Assembly (NCBI GenBank): GCA_045805065.1
Contig: JBJMMA010000259.1
Span: forward strand, 2,874-66,873
Reading direction: 5' to 3'
Length of the DNA stretch: 64,000 nt
Source: Bdellovibrionia bacterium
GTDB lineage: Bacteria > Bdellovibrionota > UBA1018
Position numbers and translations under genes: made by a program. Positions 39,941-49,102 of this stretch are shown here, one piece after another; positions within the stretch are counted from its first letter, which is position 1, and every line of letters begins with the position of its first letter. Below the pieces are notes generated by a model, which was given only the letters and a program-made list of their open reading frames with translations, was not told the origin of the DNA and ran no database searches.

Positions 39941-41290
39941 ATGAAACCGCACGTAGTAGTCGTGGGAGGAGGCTTTGCAGGGCTCTCTGCAGTGCGCAGG
40001 CTGGCAGGCGCTCCGGTTCGAATTACGCTGATAGACAAGCACAACTATCACCTGTTCCGCCCGCTGACTTATCAAATTGCAACCGGCCTTCTTTCTGAAG
40101 ACGAAGTCGCCGCACCCTTGCGTTCCGTATTTAGCCGGCAATCCAATGCCGAAGTGCTTATGGCCGAGGTGACGGCGATCGACACAAAAAGCAAATCGGT
40201 GCGTCTTGATTTCGGCGAGCTTCACTACGACTTCCTTATTCTCGCGACTGGAATTCAATACAACTACTTTGGTCACGAGCAATGGAAAGAGTTGGCACCA
40301 GGGCTCGACTCTGTTGCCGATGCAGACAAGATCCGAGGAAAGATTCTGTCTGCCTTCGAAGCCGCAGAGAGAATTGCAACAACGAGCGAGAGCAAACCAG
40401 ATGCTATCGAACAATGGTTAACCTTCATCATCGTGGGCGGCGGAACTGCCGGCGTTGAGATGGCTGGAACCATCGCGGAATTGGCGCGGTTCGCGCTGGC
40501 TCGCGACTTTCGGCACATTGATCTGCATAAAGCTCGAATCCTGCTCTTTGAAGCGGGGCCACGTATTCTCCCTACTTTCCCCGAAGCCCTCTCCAATAAG
40601 GCTCATCGACATCTGGAGCGCTTGGGCGTTACCGTCCAAACGAGTAGCAGAGTGGAGCAGGTGCAACCTCAAGGGATTACAGTCAACGATAAACAGATCC
40701 TCAGCCACACCGTGCTGTGGTGTGCGGGCGTATTGGCTTCGCCTGCCGCAGACTGGCTAGGTGCCGAAAAAGGCCGATCAGGAAGAGTCAAAGTTAATCC
40801 GGACCTCTCGGTCCCCGGCCATCCGGACGTTTTTGTCATTGGAGACACGGCGGAGGTGATCGCCGAATCGCGCAATCTCTTCGGCATTAAAGCTGAGAAA
40901 CCTGGTCCAATGCCTGGCGTGGCTCAGCCGGCGATTCAGGAAGGCAAGTACGTAGCCAACGTGATTCGCAGCCGCGTCGCTCAACGTCCTGCACCAGGCC
41001 CGTTCTGGTATTGGAATAAGGGAAATTTAGCGGTCGTTGGCCGAGGTTTCGCGATTGCTGATCTGGGCTTCCTCAAATCTGCGGGGTTCGCTGCTTGGTT
41101 GCTTTGGTCAGGAGTACACATTTATTTTCTTATCGGCTTTGGGAAACGCATCTTGGTTTTTTCACGCTGGGCGATTTCGTTTCTCACGCGTCGTCGAGCA
41201 GTAAGAATCTATCCTTTGGGTCAATCTGAAGCCGAGAGGCTCAATACCTCTGAGCCTCCCGTTCCCAAGGAACACCGCAGAGCCGCATAG
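39941..41290 (+). CDS. ndh: Type II NADH dehydrogenase (NDH-2) / FAD-dependent pyridine nucleotide-disulfide oxidoreductase
   Basis: 'VVVVGGGFAGLSA' and 'IIVGGGTAGVEMAG' dinucleotide-binding motifs, with a C-terminal membrane-anchoring helix. Confidence 0.75.
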   Translation: MKPHVVVVGGGFAGLSAVRRLAGAPVRITLIDKHNYHLFRPLTYQIATGLLSEDEVAAPLRSVFSRQSNAEVLMAEVTAIDTKSKSVRLDFGELHYDFLILATGIQYNYFGHEQWKELAPGLDSVADADKIRGKILSAFEAAERIATTSESKPDAIEQWLTFIIVGGGTAGVEMAGTIAELARFALARDFRHIDLHKARILLFEAGPRILPTFPEALSNKAHRHLERLGVTVQTSSRVEQVQPQGITVNDKQILSHTVLWCAGVLASPAADWLGAEKGRSGRVKVNPDLSVPGHPDVFVIGDTAEVIAESRNLFGIKAEKPGPMPGVAQPAIQEGKYVANVIRSRVAQRPAPGPFWYWNKGNLAVVGRGFAIADLGFLKSAGFAAWLLWSGVHIYFLIGFGKRILVFSRWAISFLTRRRAVRIYPLGQSEAERLNTSEPPVPKEHRRAA

Positions 41291-41318
41291 ACTTGTCCCT
41301 ACCTAGGCCTAGCTAGGA

Positions 41319-42092
41319 CTACGCCGTTTTTTTCATCTCTCCGCGCCGAGGCAGGTGGTTCACCCATTCCGCAAAACGAGTTCGACCAATTCGCGCATCA
41401 CTGCCTGGGACCAGAGATTGATCATTCAATACATCGCCCCAAAAGGGGGAGAGAGGATCGACAACTACCTTGCGGGTGTCTCCAATCGCGCTCAAGTACC
41501 TCTGAACAAACTCTGCGAGCCCCGCTCGATCGGGTCCGCCGATTTCAACCGTGCGATTCAGTGGTGCTCCTAATGTGAAGTCCGACAGAATGGCAGCGAC
41601 ATCATCAGAAAAGATCGGCTGAAAAGCTGCCGGTGACACGCGAATATCCTCGCCTGCACTCCCGGGCTCAGCAAAACTTTCCAAAAATTCGAAAAATTGC
41701 GTTGAGCGAACAATCGAGTAAGGAGTCTTTGCCGATTTGATGAGCGCCTCTTGCGCTAACTTTGCTCGATAATAGCCGTTATTCCGCGATCGTTCGATGC
41801 CGACAATCGAAAGAGCGACATGATGCTTCACATCGGCAATCGCCTCCGCCGCGAGGAGATTACGTCCCGAAGTCGTGAAAAACTCCATAGCGGCTTTGTC
41901 TTCAAATGAAGGCGAATTCGAGACGTCGATGACGATCTGAGCGCCGGAGAGTGCCTGTGCCAGTCCCTCTCCAGTGATCGTATTGACGCCGGAAAGAGGA
42001 GACGCAGCCAATACTTCGTGCCCTTTTTTCCTGAGCCGATTGACAAGATTTGATCCAATCCGTCCACTGCCACCGATGACTACTATCTTCAA
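41319..42092 (-). CDS. NAD(P)-binding SDR / NmrA-like oxidoreductase
   Basis: 'MKIVVIGGSGRIGSNLVNRL' Rossmann N-terminus. TTG start with strong SD 'AAGGAG' 8 nt upstream. Confidence 0.65.
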   Translation of the reverse strand: MKIVVIGGSGRIGSNLVNRLRKKGHEVLAASPLSGVNTITGEGLAQALSGAQIVIDVSNSPSFEDKAAMEFFTTSGRNLLAAEAIADVKHHVALSIVGIERSRNNGYYRAKLAQEALIKSAKTPYSIVRSTQFFEFLESFAEPGSAGEDIRVSPAAFQPIFSDDVAAILSDFTLGAPLNRTVEIGGPDRAGLAEFVQRYLSAIGDTRKVVVDPLSPFWGDVLNDQSLVPGSDARIGRTRFAEWVNHLPRRGEMKKTA

Positions 42093-42113
42093 TTGCTTGA
42101 CTCCTTTCAGTTT

Positions 42114-42140
42114 GGCTCATAACCCAAAGGTCGTAGGTTC
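42114..42140 (+). repeat. 27-nt internal fragment of tRNA-fMet (anticodon stem/loop to T-stem)
   Basis: 'GGCTCATAACCCAAAGGTCGTAGGTTC' is identical to 39696..39722 of the tRNA. It lies between the MEDS kinase stop and the SDR gene start. Confidence 0.5.
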
Positions 42141-42147
42141 TTCGGGT

Positions 42148-43458
42148 TCATGCCGCCCGTTGAGCCATCACTAGCGGAAGCTCCAGGAAGTATCGAATGT
42201 CCAAAGTCGGCATGCGCTCTGCTCGGAGTTTTCCTCCGTGCTGAGAAATGATCCCGGTCGCAAGGGTCCACCACAGCTCCCATCGATCTCGATTCACGTC
42301 CCATGGCGCCTTGCCCTTGAAGTGAATGTCGATCAACACATAAGGCCCTTCCACAACCGAGATGAAAATCGGGCTTTCCGCGTCAGCGGAAGCCATACCT
42401 GACCTCAACAAAACTTCAAATGCCCTGCTCAAGGATTTCTCGTCCCAATGGCCTATGATCCCTCGAGGACAGCTCAAAACAAACCGTCCTTTCTCAGATG
42501 CGCTCAAGCTCCGCACCAGATTATCCAGCAAATCATGCAGATCCAGATCCATGAGCTTGAACGGCATCGGATTGTCGGAAAGAATTTTGTTCAAGTCGAG
42601 CAAATCTTGAATGAGGACATCCGCCTTCTGAACCGCGAAAACGCTCCGATTCGTCAACTCATGTACCTGCTCATTGCCAGGGAACTTCCGAGTCAATAGC
42701 TGAGCACTCAAGAGAGCGGCCCCGAGCGGATTTCGGATATCATGAGTCAGTGATGAGACGAATTGCCTGCGAAGCCTTCGCTCCCGGGTCAGCGATTCGA
42801 TATATTGCTGTGATTCCTTGATCCGATTCTCAAGCGCCACATTGATCCGGTTGATCTCGGCTTTGGCTTGCTTAAGCTGAGGGACCTCAATCATCTCCCA
42901 CCGCCCTCTCCTGACAGCAATCGCGAACTCGTGCGTGCCCGTCACATCCAGGACCTTGTCCGCTCCACAGGACTTGGTCGCGTAACTGCACATGACGACC
43001 AAAGGACGGTTGACAATCAAGCGGTTGAGCTCCCTTTCGCACTGGCAGATGTAACTCCAATCATTCTCTGCCTGCCAGATGACATTGTCGTTCAACCGCA
43101 TGCCGACATAGCCCCGCTCTAACGCCTGCTTGAGCTTGGCATCCAGCGACTTCATGATCTCCTGGCCGTCGCATCTCCCACTCTTCGCGGGCGGGCTCAG
43201 ACTCTGAACGAACTCGATATTGCGTGCTTTCAAGTGCTCATCCAGGTTCGGCATAACTGACTTCAGGCTGCCTAAGGCCAGTTCCTCCGTTACGGGTCCA
43301 CCGATCACCCAAAGACAATACTCGCCGCTCTCCAAGCCGACTTTAAAATAGGGTACGAGCACCCCAAGCAGGTCAGCGCTCGTCTCGTAAAACTGACAGA
43401 AATGCGTGCCCCAAGAGATATCACCGACGGCCGCTATTCCGCTCTTCCTTAGATTCAT
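42148..43458 (-). CDS. Cytoplasmic sensor histidine kinase with an N-terminal MEDS-like (DcmR-type) sensory domain
   Basis: N-terminal 'WGTHFCQFYETSADLL' resembles the MEDS domain signature. H-box 'LTHDIRNPLGA' plus an HATPase_c domain. No TM segment. Confidence 0.65.
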   Translation of the reverse strand: MNLRKSGIAAVGDISWGTHFCQFYETSADLLGVLVPYFKVGLESGEYCLWVIGGPVTEELALGSLKSVMPNLDEHLKARNIEFVQSLSPPAKSGRCDGQEIMKSLDAKLKQALERGYVGMRLNDNVIWQAENDWSYICQCERELNRLIVNRPLVVMCSYATKSCGADKVLDVTGTHEFAIAVRRGRWEMIEVPQLKQAKAEINRINVALENRIKESQQYIESLTRERRLRRQFVSSLTHDIRNPLGAALLSAQLLTRKFPGNEQVHELTNRSVFAVQKADVLIQDLLDLNKILSDNPMPFKLMDLDLHDLLDNLVRSLSASEKGRFVLSCPRGIIGHWDEKSLSRAFEVLLRSGMASADAESPIFISVVEGPYVLIDIHFKGKAPWDVNRDRWELWWTLATGIISQHGGKLRAERMPTLDIRYFLELPLVMAQRAA

Positions 43459-43549
43459 TGCAGTTTTCGCCCTTCATCAATCGAAAATTGCATCTGCAAT
43501 GCCACGATCGCAAATGAAGGATACCAACAGACAAGAGCGTCACTTGCTC

Positions 43550-44563
43550 CTACGCCGCGTGGGCGCCAACTGCATCTTCCCGCGCAAAAACGTCTTTCAG
43601 CATCTGACAGGTGAATTCGATCGCCGCCCGCACCGCCGGCGTGTCCGCGATCGCGTTGAGCAGCATGAAGTCGTGAATCGTGCCGGCCATGCGTAACGCC
43701 GTGACCTCCACGTCCGCGTTCATCAGTTTGTGTGCATAAGCTTCGCCCTCATCGCGAAGCACGTCGTTCTCATCCGTGATTAGAAGCGTCTTCGGCAAAT
43801 CCCTCAATAGCTCTGAAGAGGCCCGCATGGGCGATGCGAGCGGATTTTGGCGGGCCGTCTCGTCCGGCAGATAGGCATTCCAGAACCATTTCATCGCTTC
43901 GCGGGTCAGCCAGGGGCCGTCGGCGAACTCCCGGTAGGAAGGAGTATCGAAGTCCGAGTCGGTGACGGGGTACAACAGACACTGGAAAAGAATTCGAGGC
44001 CCGCCCCGCTCTTTCGCCATCATCGCCAACGTCGCCGCCATGTTTCCGCCTGCGCTTTCACCGACGACCGCAAGCCGGGACGGGTCGATCGCAAGCTTCG
44101 TGCTTTGTTCGGAAATGTACCTCATGACCGCATAGGCCTCTTCGATCTGCGTCGGAAACCGCGCCTCGGGCGCGGGAGTGTAGTTCACGAAAACCACCAC
44201 GGATTCGGATCCGACCGCGATCTCTCGGATCAGGCGGTCGTGCGTTTCCTGGTTCCCCAGGACCCACCCACCGCCATGGGTATAAAGGACGACTGGCAGC
44301 GCATCTTTCCGTCTGTCAGGCCGTTCGTCAGGCTGCCCCTCTGGCCTGACAATCCGGACCGAGACTTTGCCAGATGGTCCCACCGGAAGTACCTCGTCCC
44401 GAGCATCGACAGGCAGCTTTCGCACCTTGGCTTCGGCCTGAGCACGATTGAGCACTTCGCGCGCCTGTTCATAGGTCAGTTGATAAATCGGTGGCCCTCC
44501 CAGAGCCTCCAAACCTTGAATGAATTTTCGGGTGTTCGATTCGAGCATCTTCCACTCCTTCAT
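43550..44563 (-). CDS. Alpha/beta hydrolase (HSL/arylesterase-like esterase)
   Basis: Oxyanion 'HGGGW' and nucleophile 'GESAGG' motifs. Confidence 0.75.
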   Translation of the reverse strand: MKEWKMLESNTRKFIQGLEALGGPPIYQLTYEQAREVLNRAQAEAKVRKLPVDARDEVLPVGPSGKVSVRIVRPEGQPDERPDRRKDALPVVLYTHGGGWVLGNQETHDRLIREIAVGSESVVVFVNYTPAPEARFPTQIEEAYAVMRYISEQSTKLAIDPSRLAVVGESAGGNMAATLAMMAKERGGPRILFQCLLYPVTDSDFDTPSYREFADGPWLTREAMKWFWNAYLPDETARQNPLASPMRASSELLRDLPKTLLITDENDVLRDEGEAYAHKLMNADVEVTALRMAGTIHDFMLLNAIADTPAVRAAIEFTCQMLKDVFAREDAVGAHAA

Positions 44564-44746
44564 GTGGCCGCCTTTCTGTTTCAGAAGCTCGGAAGGAGTT
44601 TGTTCACCTTATGTGCCATGCGAAATGAAATAGATCGACTGAACCGAGGATTGCCGAGCACCTGAATGTATTCGCCCCACCGGAAAAGGCATCTTACCTG
44701 CAGAAATAGACGTGGCCGTAACATGGCCTTGACGTCCGGAGGACGA

Positions 44747-45646
44747 ATGCAAGCACCTGACCTTCGAAAAGTCCTGACTGATGCTGACACTCAGGGGATC
44801 GCCATTGCCCACTTCAACGTGTCAGATCTTGTGTTTCTCAAGGCGGTGTTCTCGTCCGCGCAAGAGCTGAACGTACCGATTCTGGTCGGAGTCTCCGATG
44901 GGGAACGCAAATTCATCGGCGTGCGCCAGATTTCGGCCCTCGTGCAAAGCCTGAGGGACGAATTCAGCTTCCCCATTTTTCTGAATGCGGATCACACGCA
45001 CTCGCTATCCGGCGTCATTGACGCCGCGAACGCGGGCTTCGATCTGATCGTGTTTGATGCCTCGGCCCTGTCATTGGAAGAAAACATCAAACGTACTCGC
45101 GAAGCGGTCGAGGCCGCCAAGTCGATCAACCCAGCCATTTTGATCGAGGGAGAACTCGGCAATATCGGGACTGGATCGTCCATTCACGACAACGTCCCGG
45201 AATCTTCCAAAAATCTGACGGATGCCACCGATGCCAAAAGATTCGTCGAGGCTACCGGAATCGACCTCCTCTCCCCAGCAGTAGGCACCATGCATGGGAT
45301 GCTGCAATCCATGCTCAAAGGACAACAGAAAAAGCATTTGAACATAAGCAGGATCGAGGAAATAAAACGCGCGACTCGGATCCCCCTCACCCTCCATGGA
45401 GGCTCCGGAACTGATGACGAGGATTTTCGGAAGGCCATTTCCGCCGGAATCACCGTCGTGCACATCAACACCGAGCTCCGGGTGGCGTGGAGGCGCGGCC
45501 TCGAGCAAGGGCTGACGGATCAGCCTCAGGAGATCGTGCCCTACAAAGTTCTCCAACCGGCGTTGGATTCCGTGAAGCAGGTCGCGCGCGCTCGCATGGA
45601 GCTTTTCAGCGGAACCGGAAACTCAGTGAGCCGAGCCGTGGCATAG
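44747..45646 (+). CDS. Class II fructose/tagatose-bisphosphate aldolase
   Basis: 'LNADHTHS', 'AVGTMHG' and 'LTLHGGSG' class II aldolase motifs. Start placed at the internal ATG ('MQAPDLRKVL'). The ORF is open from 44666. Confidence 0.8.
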   Translation: MQAPDLRKVLTDADTQGIAIAHFNVSDLVFLKAVFSSAQELNVPILVGVSDGERKFIGVRQISALVQSLRDEFSFPIFLNADHTHSLSGVIDAANAGFDLIVFDASALSLEENIKRTREAVEAAKSINPAILIEGELGNIGTGSSIHDNVPESSKNLTDATDAKRFVEATGIDLLSPAVGTMHGMLQSMLKGQQKKHLNISRIEEIKRATRIPLTLHGGSGTDDEDFRKAISAGITVVHINTELRVAWRRGLEQGLTDQPQEIVPYKVLQPALDSVKQVARARMELFSGTGNSVSRAVA

Positions 45647-45689
45647 TCAGTTCCAACGGAATAGCTCTTGCTCTCATGCTTGCATTGAA

Positions 45690-46169
45690 ATGAGCACCAT
45701 CCAGGCGAGCGTCACTATCCAGCGACCAGTGGAACACGTCTTTCGTTTCTATCAGGACTTCAGAAATCTCCCCCGATTTCTCGGAGACGTGATGTCCATC
45801 AAGCCCACAGGACCGGGAACCGCGAAGTGGACAATTCAAGGCCCGCTGGGAATGCGTGTGCATTGGACGACTCGCGTGACTGAGTTGCGTCCCAATGAGC
45901 TGATCCGGTACCAAACCCTCGGCATTCCCGGGCTCAGCACGGTTTGGGAGATCCGTTTCTCATCAGGAGCGCATCCGGAGGAGACGAAGGTTCGGGAGGT
46001 GATGAAAACACCTTTTGGACGACTGACGCGCGGGGTCCTGACGTTGATCGGAAAGCCTCCCGCCAAAGAGATCGCTTCGAATCTGCACCGCTTGAAAGAG
46101 CTGCTGGAACAAGGAAACGTTACCGACCTTAGCCATTCCGTTCGGGGGAAATTCGATCGTCATGCCTAA
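45690..46169 (+). CDS. SRPBCC (polyketide-cyclase/START-like) family protein
   Basis: 159 aa. N-terminal 'VTIQRPVEHVFRFYQDFRNLPRF' is typical of the polyketide_cyc2/SRPBCC fold. Confidence 0.55.
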   Translation: MSTIQASVTIQRPVEHVFRFYQDFRNLPRFLGDVMSIKPTGPGTAKWTIQGPLGMRVHWTTRVTELRPNELIRYQTLGIPGLSTVWEIRFSSGAHPEETKVREVMKTPFGRLTRGVLTLIGKPPAKEIASNLHRLKELLEQGNVTDLSHSVRGKFDRHA

Positions 46170-46290
46170 ACAGAATGGCAAAACGCGATTGCTCCTTTAC
46201 GGAGCTTACGGGTACACGGGTCGTCTGGCTTCCGAGCTGGCAGCGTCCCGCAAAATCGATCTAGTGCTCGCCGGAGGCAAGCCAAGCCAC
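46162..46290 (+). pseudogene. 5' fragment of a saccharopine-dehydrogenase-like NAD(P)-binding gene, truncated
   Basis: 'TRLLLYGAYGYTGRLASELAASRKIDLVLAGG' is an SDH-like N-terminus. After about 42 aa the sequence loses protein-like character. Lies about 320 nt before the att-like repeat. Confidence 0.4.
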
Positions 46291-46616
46291 GTAAGACCCG
46301 CAAATCTAGCGCCGCGCGCCTTCCAGGATCGAGGAAGCTACACTACGCCTTATCAGAGCATAGGCTGTGCGCCGCTGGTTCAAGACCGCGTTGCCTAGCG
46401 ACACCAGGGCCTGTCCAATCGGGTTTCCGCGGACCGCTGAAGTGAATAGCTCGGCGATCAACCGATCGGAGCTGTCCTTCCTAGTGGATGGATTCTTCGG
46501 GTCATCGTGCATCTGGATACCTCTCCTGGAGAGGCTCATTCCCTTTTTGAAAATATATCCGGTAGGGACAGAGCGTTTATCGATGAACTCTGCTACCTCG
46601 AAGTTAAGTAAAAAAT

Positions 46617-46700
46617 CCAAAGGGAAAAATCCAGCCCCCGCTACCATTCAAGCAAAAGATAAAAGGGACAGTCCACTGGACTGTCCCTTTTTGTTTTTAA
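46617..46700 (+). repeat. Diverged direct repeat of the tRNA-fMet 3' end plus terminator (attR-like junction)
   Basis: 'AAATCCAGCCCCCGCTACCATTCAAGCAAAAGATAAAAGGG' aligns with 39723..39761 with 3 mismatches. A different perfect hairpin 'GGGACAGTCC-actg-GACTGTCCC' and 'TTTTTGTTTTTAAAGCACG' follow, paralleling 39762..39804. Confidence 0.6.
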
Positions 46701-46756
46701 AGCACGTATGTCTTAACTAAGTAAAACTGAGCTTCTTAGCTAACGAGTGGCGAGGA

Positions 46757-48130
46757 TTAATTCATTGGCGGAGGATTCGACAAGAACTCAGTCATTGTCG
46801 CACCTTGATCCTTGTTCGGCACGATTAAGGTGGCCGTACGCCAGTTCGGCGTCGCCAGGAGATAACGACCGTTACCTAAGCCCGGCGCATAACCCAGACT
46901 CCACCCCGTGGTAGGGGTAGGATAATAATCAGCCCCTGTGTCGATCACGTACTTGGCGACGCTGCGATCATCTGGCTTGGACGAATCAGCAACGACAAGC
47001 CTCGTATCCACAGCCACGAAAACCGCTCTTACGTCCGCAGGATTTGGAATCCCTTTGCCCCCGCTCGAGGAGGAGCTGCCGTAGCCGTGCTCGAAGTAAG
47101 GATAGGCAGGGCGAAAGGAAACGCCACCGTCGGATTCTACTTTTCGGTCAGGCGTGCCCGCGCTGGCGAATGGGTACTTCCACAGGCCAGTGTCCGGAGC
47201 CGTGACTTGGTTCCATTGCGACCACTTGCGCGTCGAATTGGAGAGAATGTAAACTCTAAGATTTTTGATTTCTACACGCGTGTTGGTCGCGGCGTTTCCT
47301 TGAGCCTCGTACAGCGTGTACCATGCGAGCAATCCGCTACACCAGGTAGGACGCTCCCCCGTCCACCAAGATGGGATTGAGCTTCCGGCTGGTGAGTACT
47401 GCGTGATCACAGGATTGTACTGCCAGTCGAACGAAGGATTGATCACCAGCGCCTCGCTTGGAGACGACATGTCTTTCACCACTTGGTCGATTGTCAGCCC
47501 AGTTGAGGAAGTCGACGAAGGCGTTGGACTTGGCTTTACAGTCGGTGTCGGACTTGGACTTGGCTTCGGAGTCACAGTTGGACTCGGGCTCGGAATTGGC
47601 GCGGCTCCACTTGCAAAGCTCCATTTCTGATTGGCACCGGCGCCGCAATCATAGAGAATCACCGGCGTTCCATTTGCGGAATTATTTGCGGCGACATCCA
47701 TGCAGCGTCCACTCGATGCACTCACAAGCCTTCCGTTCGAGAGTGACCATTTTTGAGTTACTGAATTGTTGCAGGTCTTGGAGACGATGGGATTCAAGTT
47801 GGCGCCAGTGCCCTTGATGTCCAGGCAAAGATTGCCAGCACCAGCAAAGCTCTTCAGCTGTCCTGAGGAGTTCAGAACGAAAGACTGATTGCTTCCGCCG
47901 TTACAACTCCAGATCTCAAGCGCCGCGCCAGAAGCAGTGCTGTTAGCAGTGACATCTAAGCATATATTGGTTCCAAGGCTGCTCTTCACTGCCCCTGATG
48001 CTACGGTCGTGACTGCCGCAGCTTTGGCTGGATGGGCGGAGGCGATCAATGCAAGAGCAAGTCCTCCCGACCAGGGCGCAACTCGCTTTAAAAATGCTCT
48101 ACTCTTAATCGCTCTACAGGTTTTCATTTC
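46757..48130 (-). CDS. Secreted ricin-B (beta-trefoil) lectin domain protein with a Pro/Thr/Ser linker and an unknown C-terminal domain
   Basis: Signal peptide from the internal Met 48130. QxW repeats 'NQSFVL', 'TQKWSL', 'NQKWSF' lie around 'CLD' motifs. Linker 'PSPSPTVTPKPSPSPTPTVKPSPTPSS'. The ORF extends to 48178. Confidence 0.7.
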   Translation of the reverse strand, partial: EMKTCRAIKSRAFLKRVAPWSGGLALALIASAHPAKAAAVTTVASGAVKSSLGTNICLDVTANSTASGAALEIWSCNGGSNQSFVLNSSGQLKSFAGAGNLCLDIKGTGANLNPIVSKTCNNSVTQKWSLSNGRLVSASSGRCMDVAANNSANGTPVILYDCGAGANQKWSFASGAAPIPSPSPTVTPKPSPSPTPTVKPSPTPSSTSSTGLTIDQVVKDMSSPSEALVINPSFDWQYNPVITQYSPAGSSIPSWWTGERPTWCSGLLAWYTLYEAQGNAATNTRVEIKNLRVYILSNSTRKWSQWNQVTAPDTGLWKYPFASAGTPDRKVESDGGVSFRPAYPYFEHGYGSSSSSGGKGIPNPADVRAVFVAVDTRLVVADSSKPDDRSVAKYVIDTGADYYPTPTTGWSLGYAPGLGNGRYLLATPNWRTATLIVPNKDQGATMTEFLSNPPPMN

Positions 48131-48440
48131 ATTCCCCCGACAGGAACTGTCTATTCCGTTCCTTATTATCGCACCCAAGCTACAGTAATATCAGCTGTGT
48201 CTCTATCGACCAGTCTCGAAGACGCATAAATTCGCTGAACTTTCGCGAATTAAAGTCAATCTGTATACGCACATAGGCAATGAAATGTTTTGCATCAAAT
48301 CGAGCACCCTCTCCTTGCTCAATAGACGTTGTATAACCGATATCGGACCCCAATCTGACGAGGCCTCGGTGCCTTGCTGGGCCGCTCGCCCCCTTTTCAT
48401 CGCATGATTACCCCCTTGCATCGTGTGGTAGAATAGACGC

Positions 48441-49082
48441 ATGCATACGCAACTTGATCTGCAAGATTTCAAAACGTCTCATCCAGTAACAACTCTTTTC
48501 AGACGCACGCTCATTACCGGAGCAAGTGTCAGCGCCGATTTTTGCGCACCTAGCCCTGGCAAGCGGCTAGGCTGGAAATACGGCGGAAAAGACAGCGTTG
48601 TGACATTGGCTCGGGGAGGTACGCCGGGCCGTGAAACCATTCGACGATTGACTCACGATGACATCGCGGATCGGACAATCGTGATTGCCATCGATTTCTT
48701 CTTCTGGGATTCGACCTCCCATTTGCTCGATGCAAGCCTCACCGCTCTTCAAGACCTCATTGAGTTGTGCAGAAAGCCGGGAGTTCCGCTAATCTTGGGC
48801 GACATTCCGCATCTTCTTCCAGGAATGCAGCCGGGTCGTGCCAAACTAAACGCTGCGATCCACGCAGCAGCCAAGGCATCCAGTCATTGCTCTGTCATGG
48901 AACTCGATGAGCTTCACCGACAAGTGCTTTGTGAGGGAATCGAATTCGGAGGGCGCCGGTATCGACTGACTGATCTTGCGCCCGATGGTTTGCACTTAGC
49001 TGAGGTGGCAGGAAATTATGTAGCTGAACGGCTTTTGGCTACAGTAACCAGGGATTTCACAAAGCTTGCACAACTGGGATAA
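48441..49082 (+). CDS. SGNH/GDSL-like hydrolase
   Basis: Block V-like 'PDGLHLAEVAGNYVAERL' (DxxH) and an N-terminal 'ITGASVSADF' variant of block I. Confidence 0.45.
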   Translation: MHTQLDLQDFKTSHPVTTLFRRTLITGASVSADFCAPSPGKRLGWKYGGKDSVVTLARGGTPGRETIRRLTHDDIADRTIVIAIDFFFWDSTSHLLDASLTALQDLIELCRKPGVPLILGDIPHLLPGMQPGRAKLNAAIHAAAKASSHCSVMELDELHRQVLCEGIEFGGRRYRLTDLAPDGLHLAEVAGNYVAERLLATVTRDFTKLAQLG

Positions 49083-49102
49083 AAGATTCAGGGGTTTTTG
49101 TT

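Noticed and set aside
46306-46720. ORFs of 113 aa (-) and 117 aa (+) between the truncated SDH-like fragment and the att-like repeat
   Set aside because: They span the junction scar and terminator hairpin and have no protein-like features. Likely non-coding remnant.
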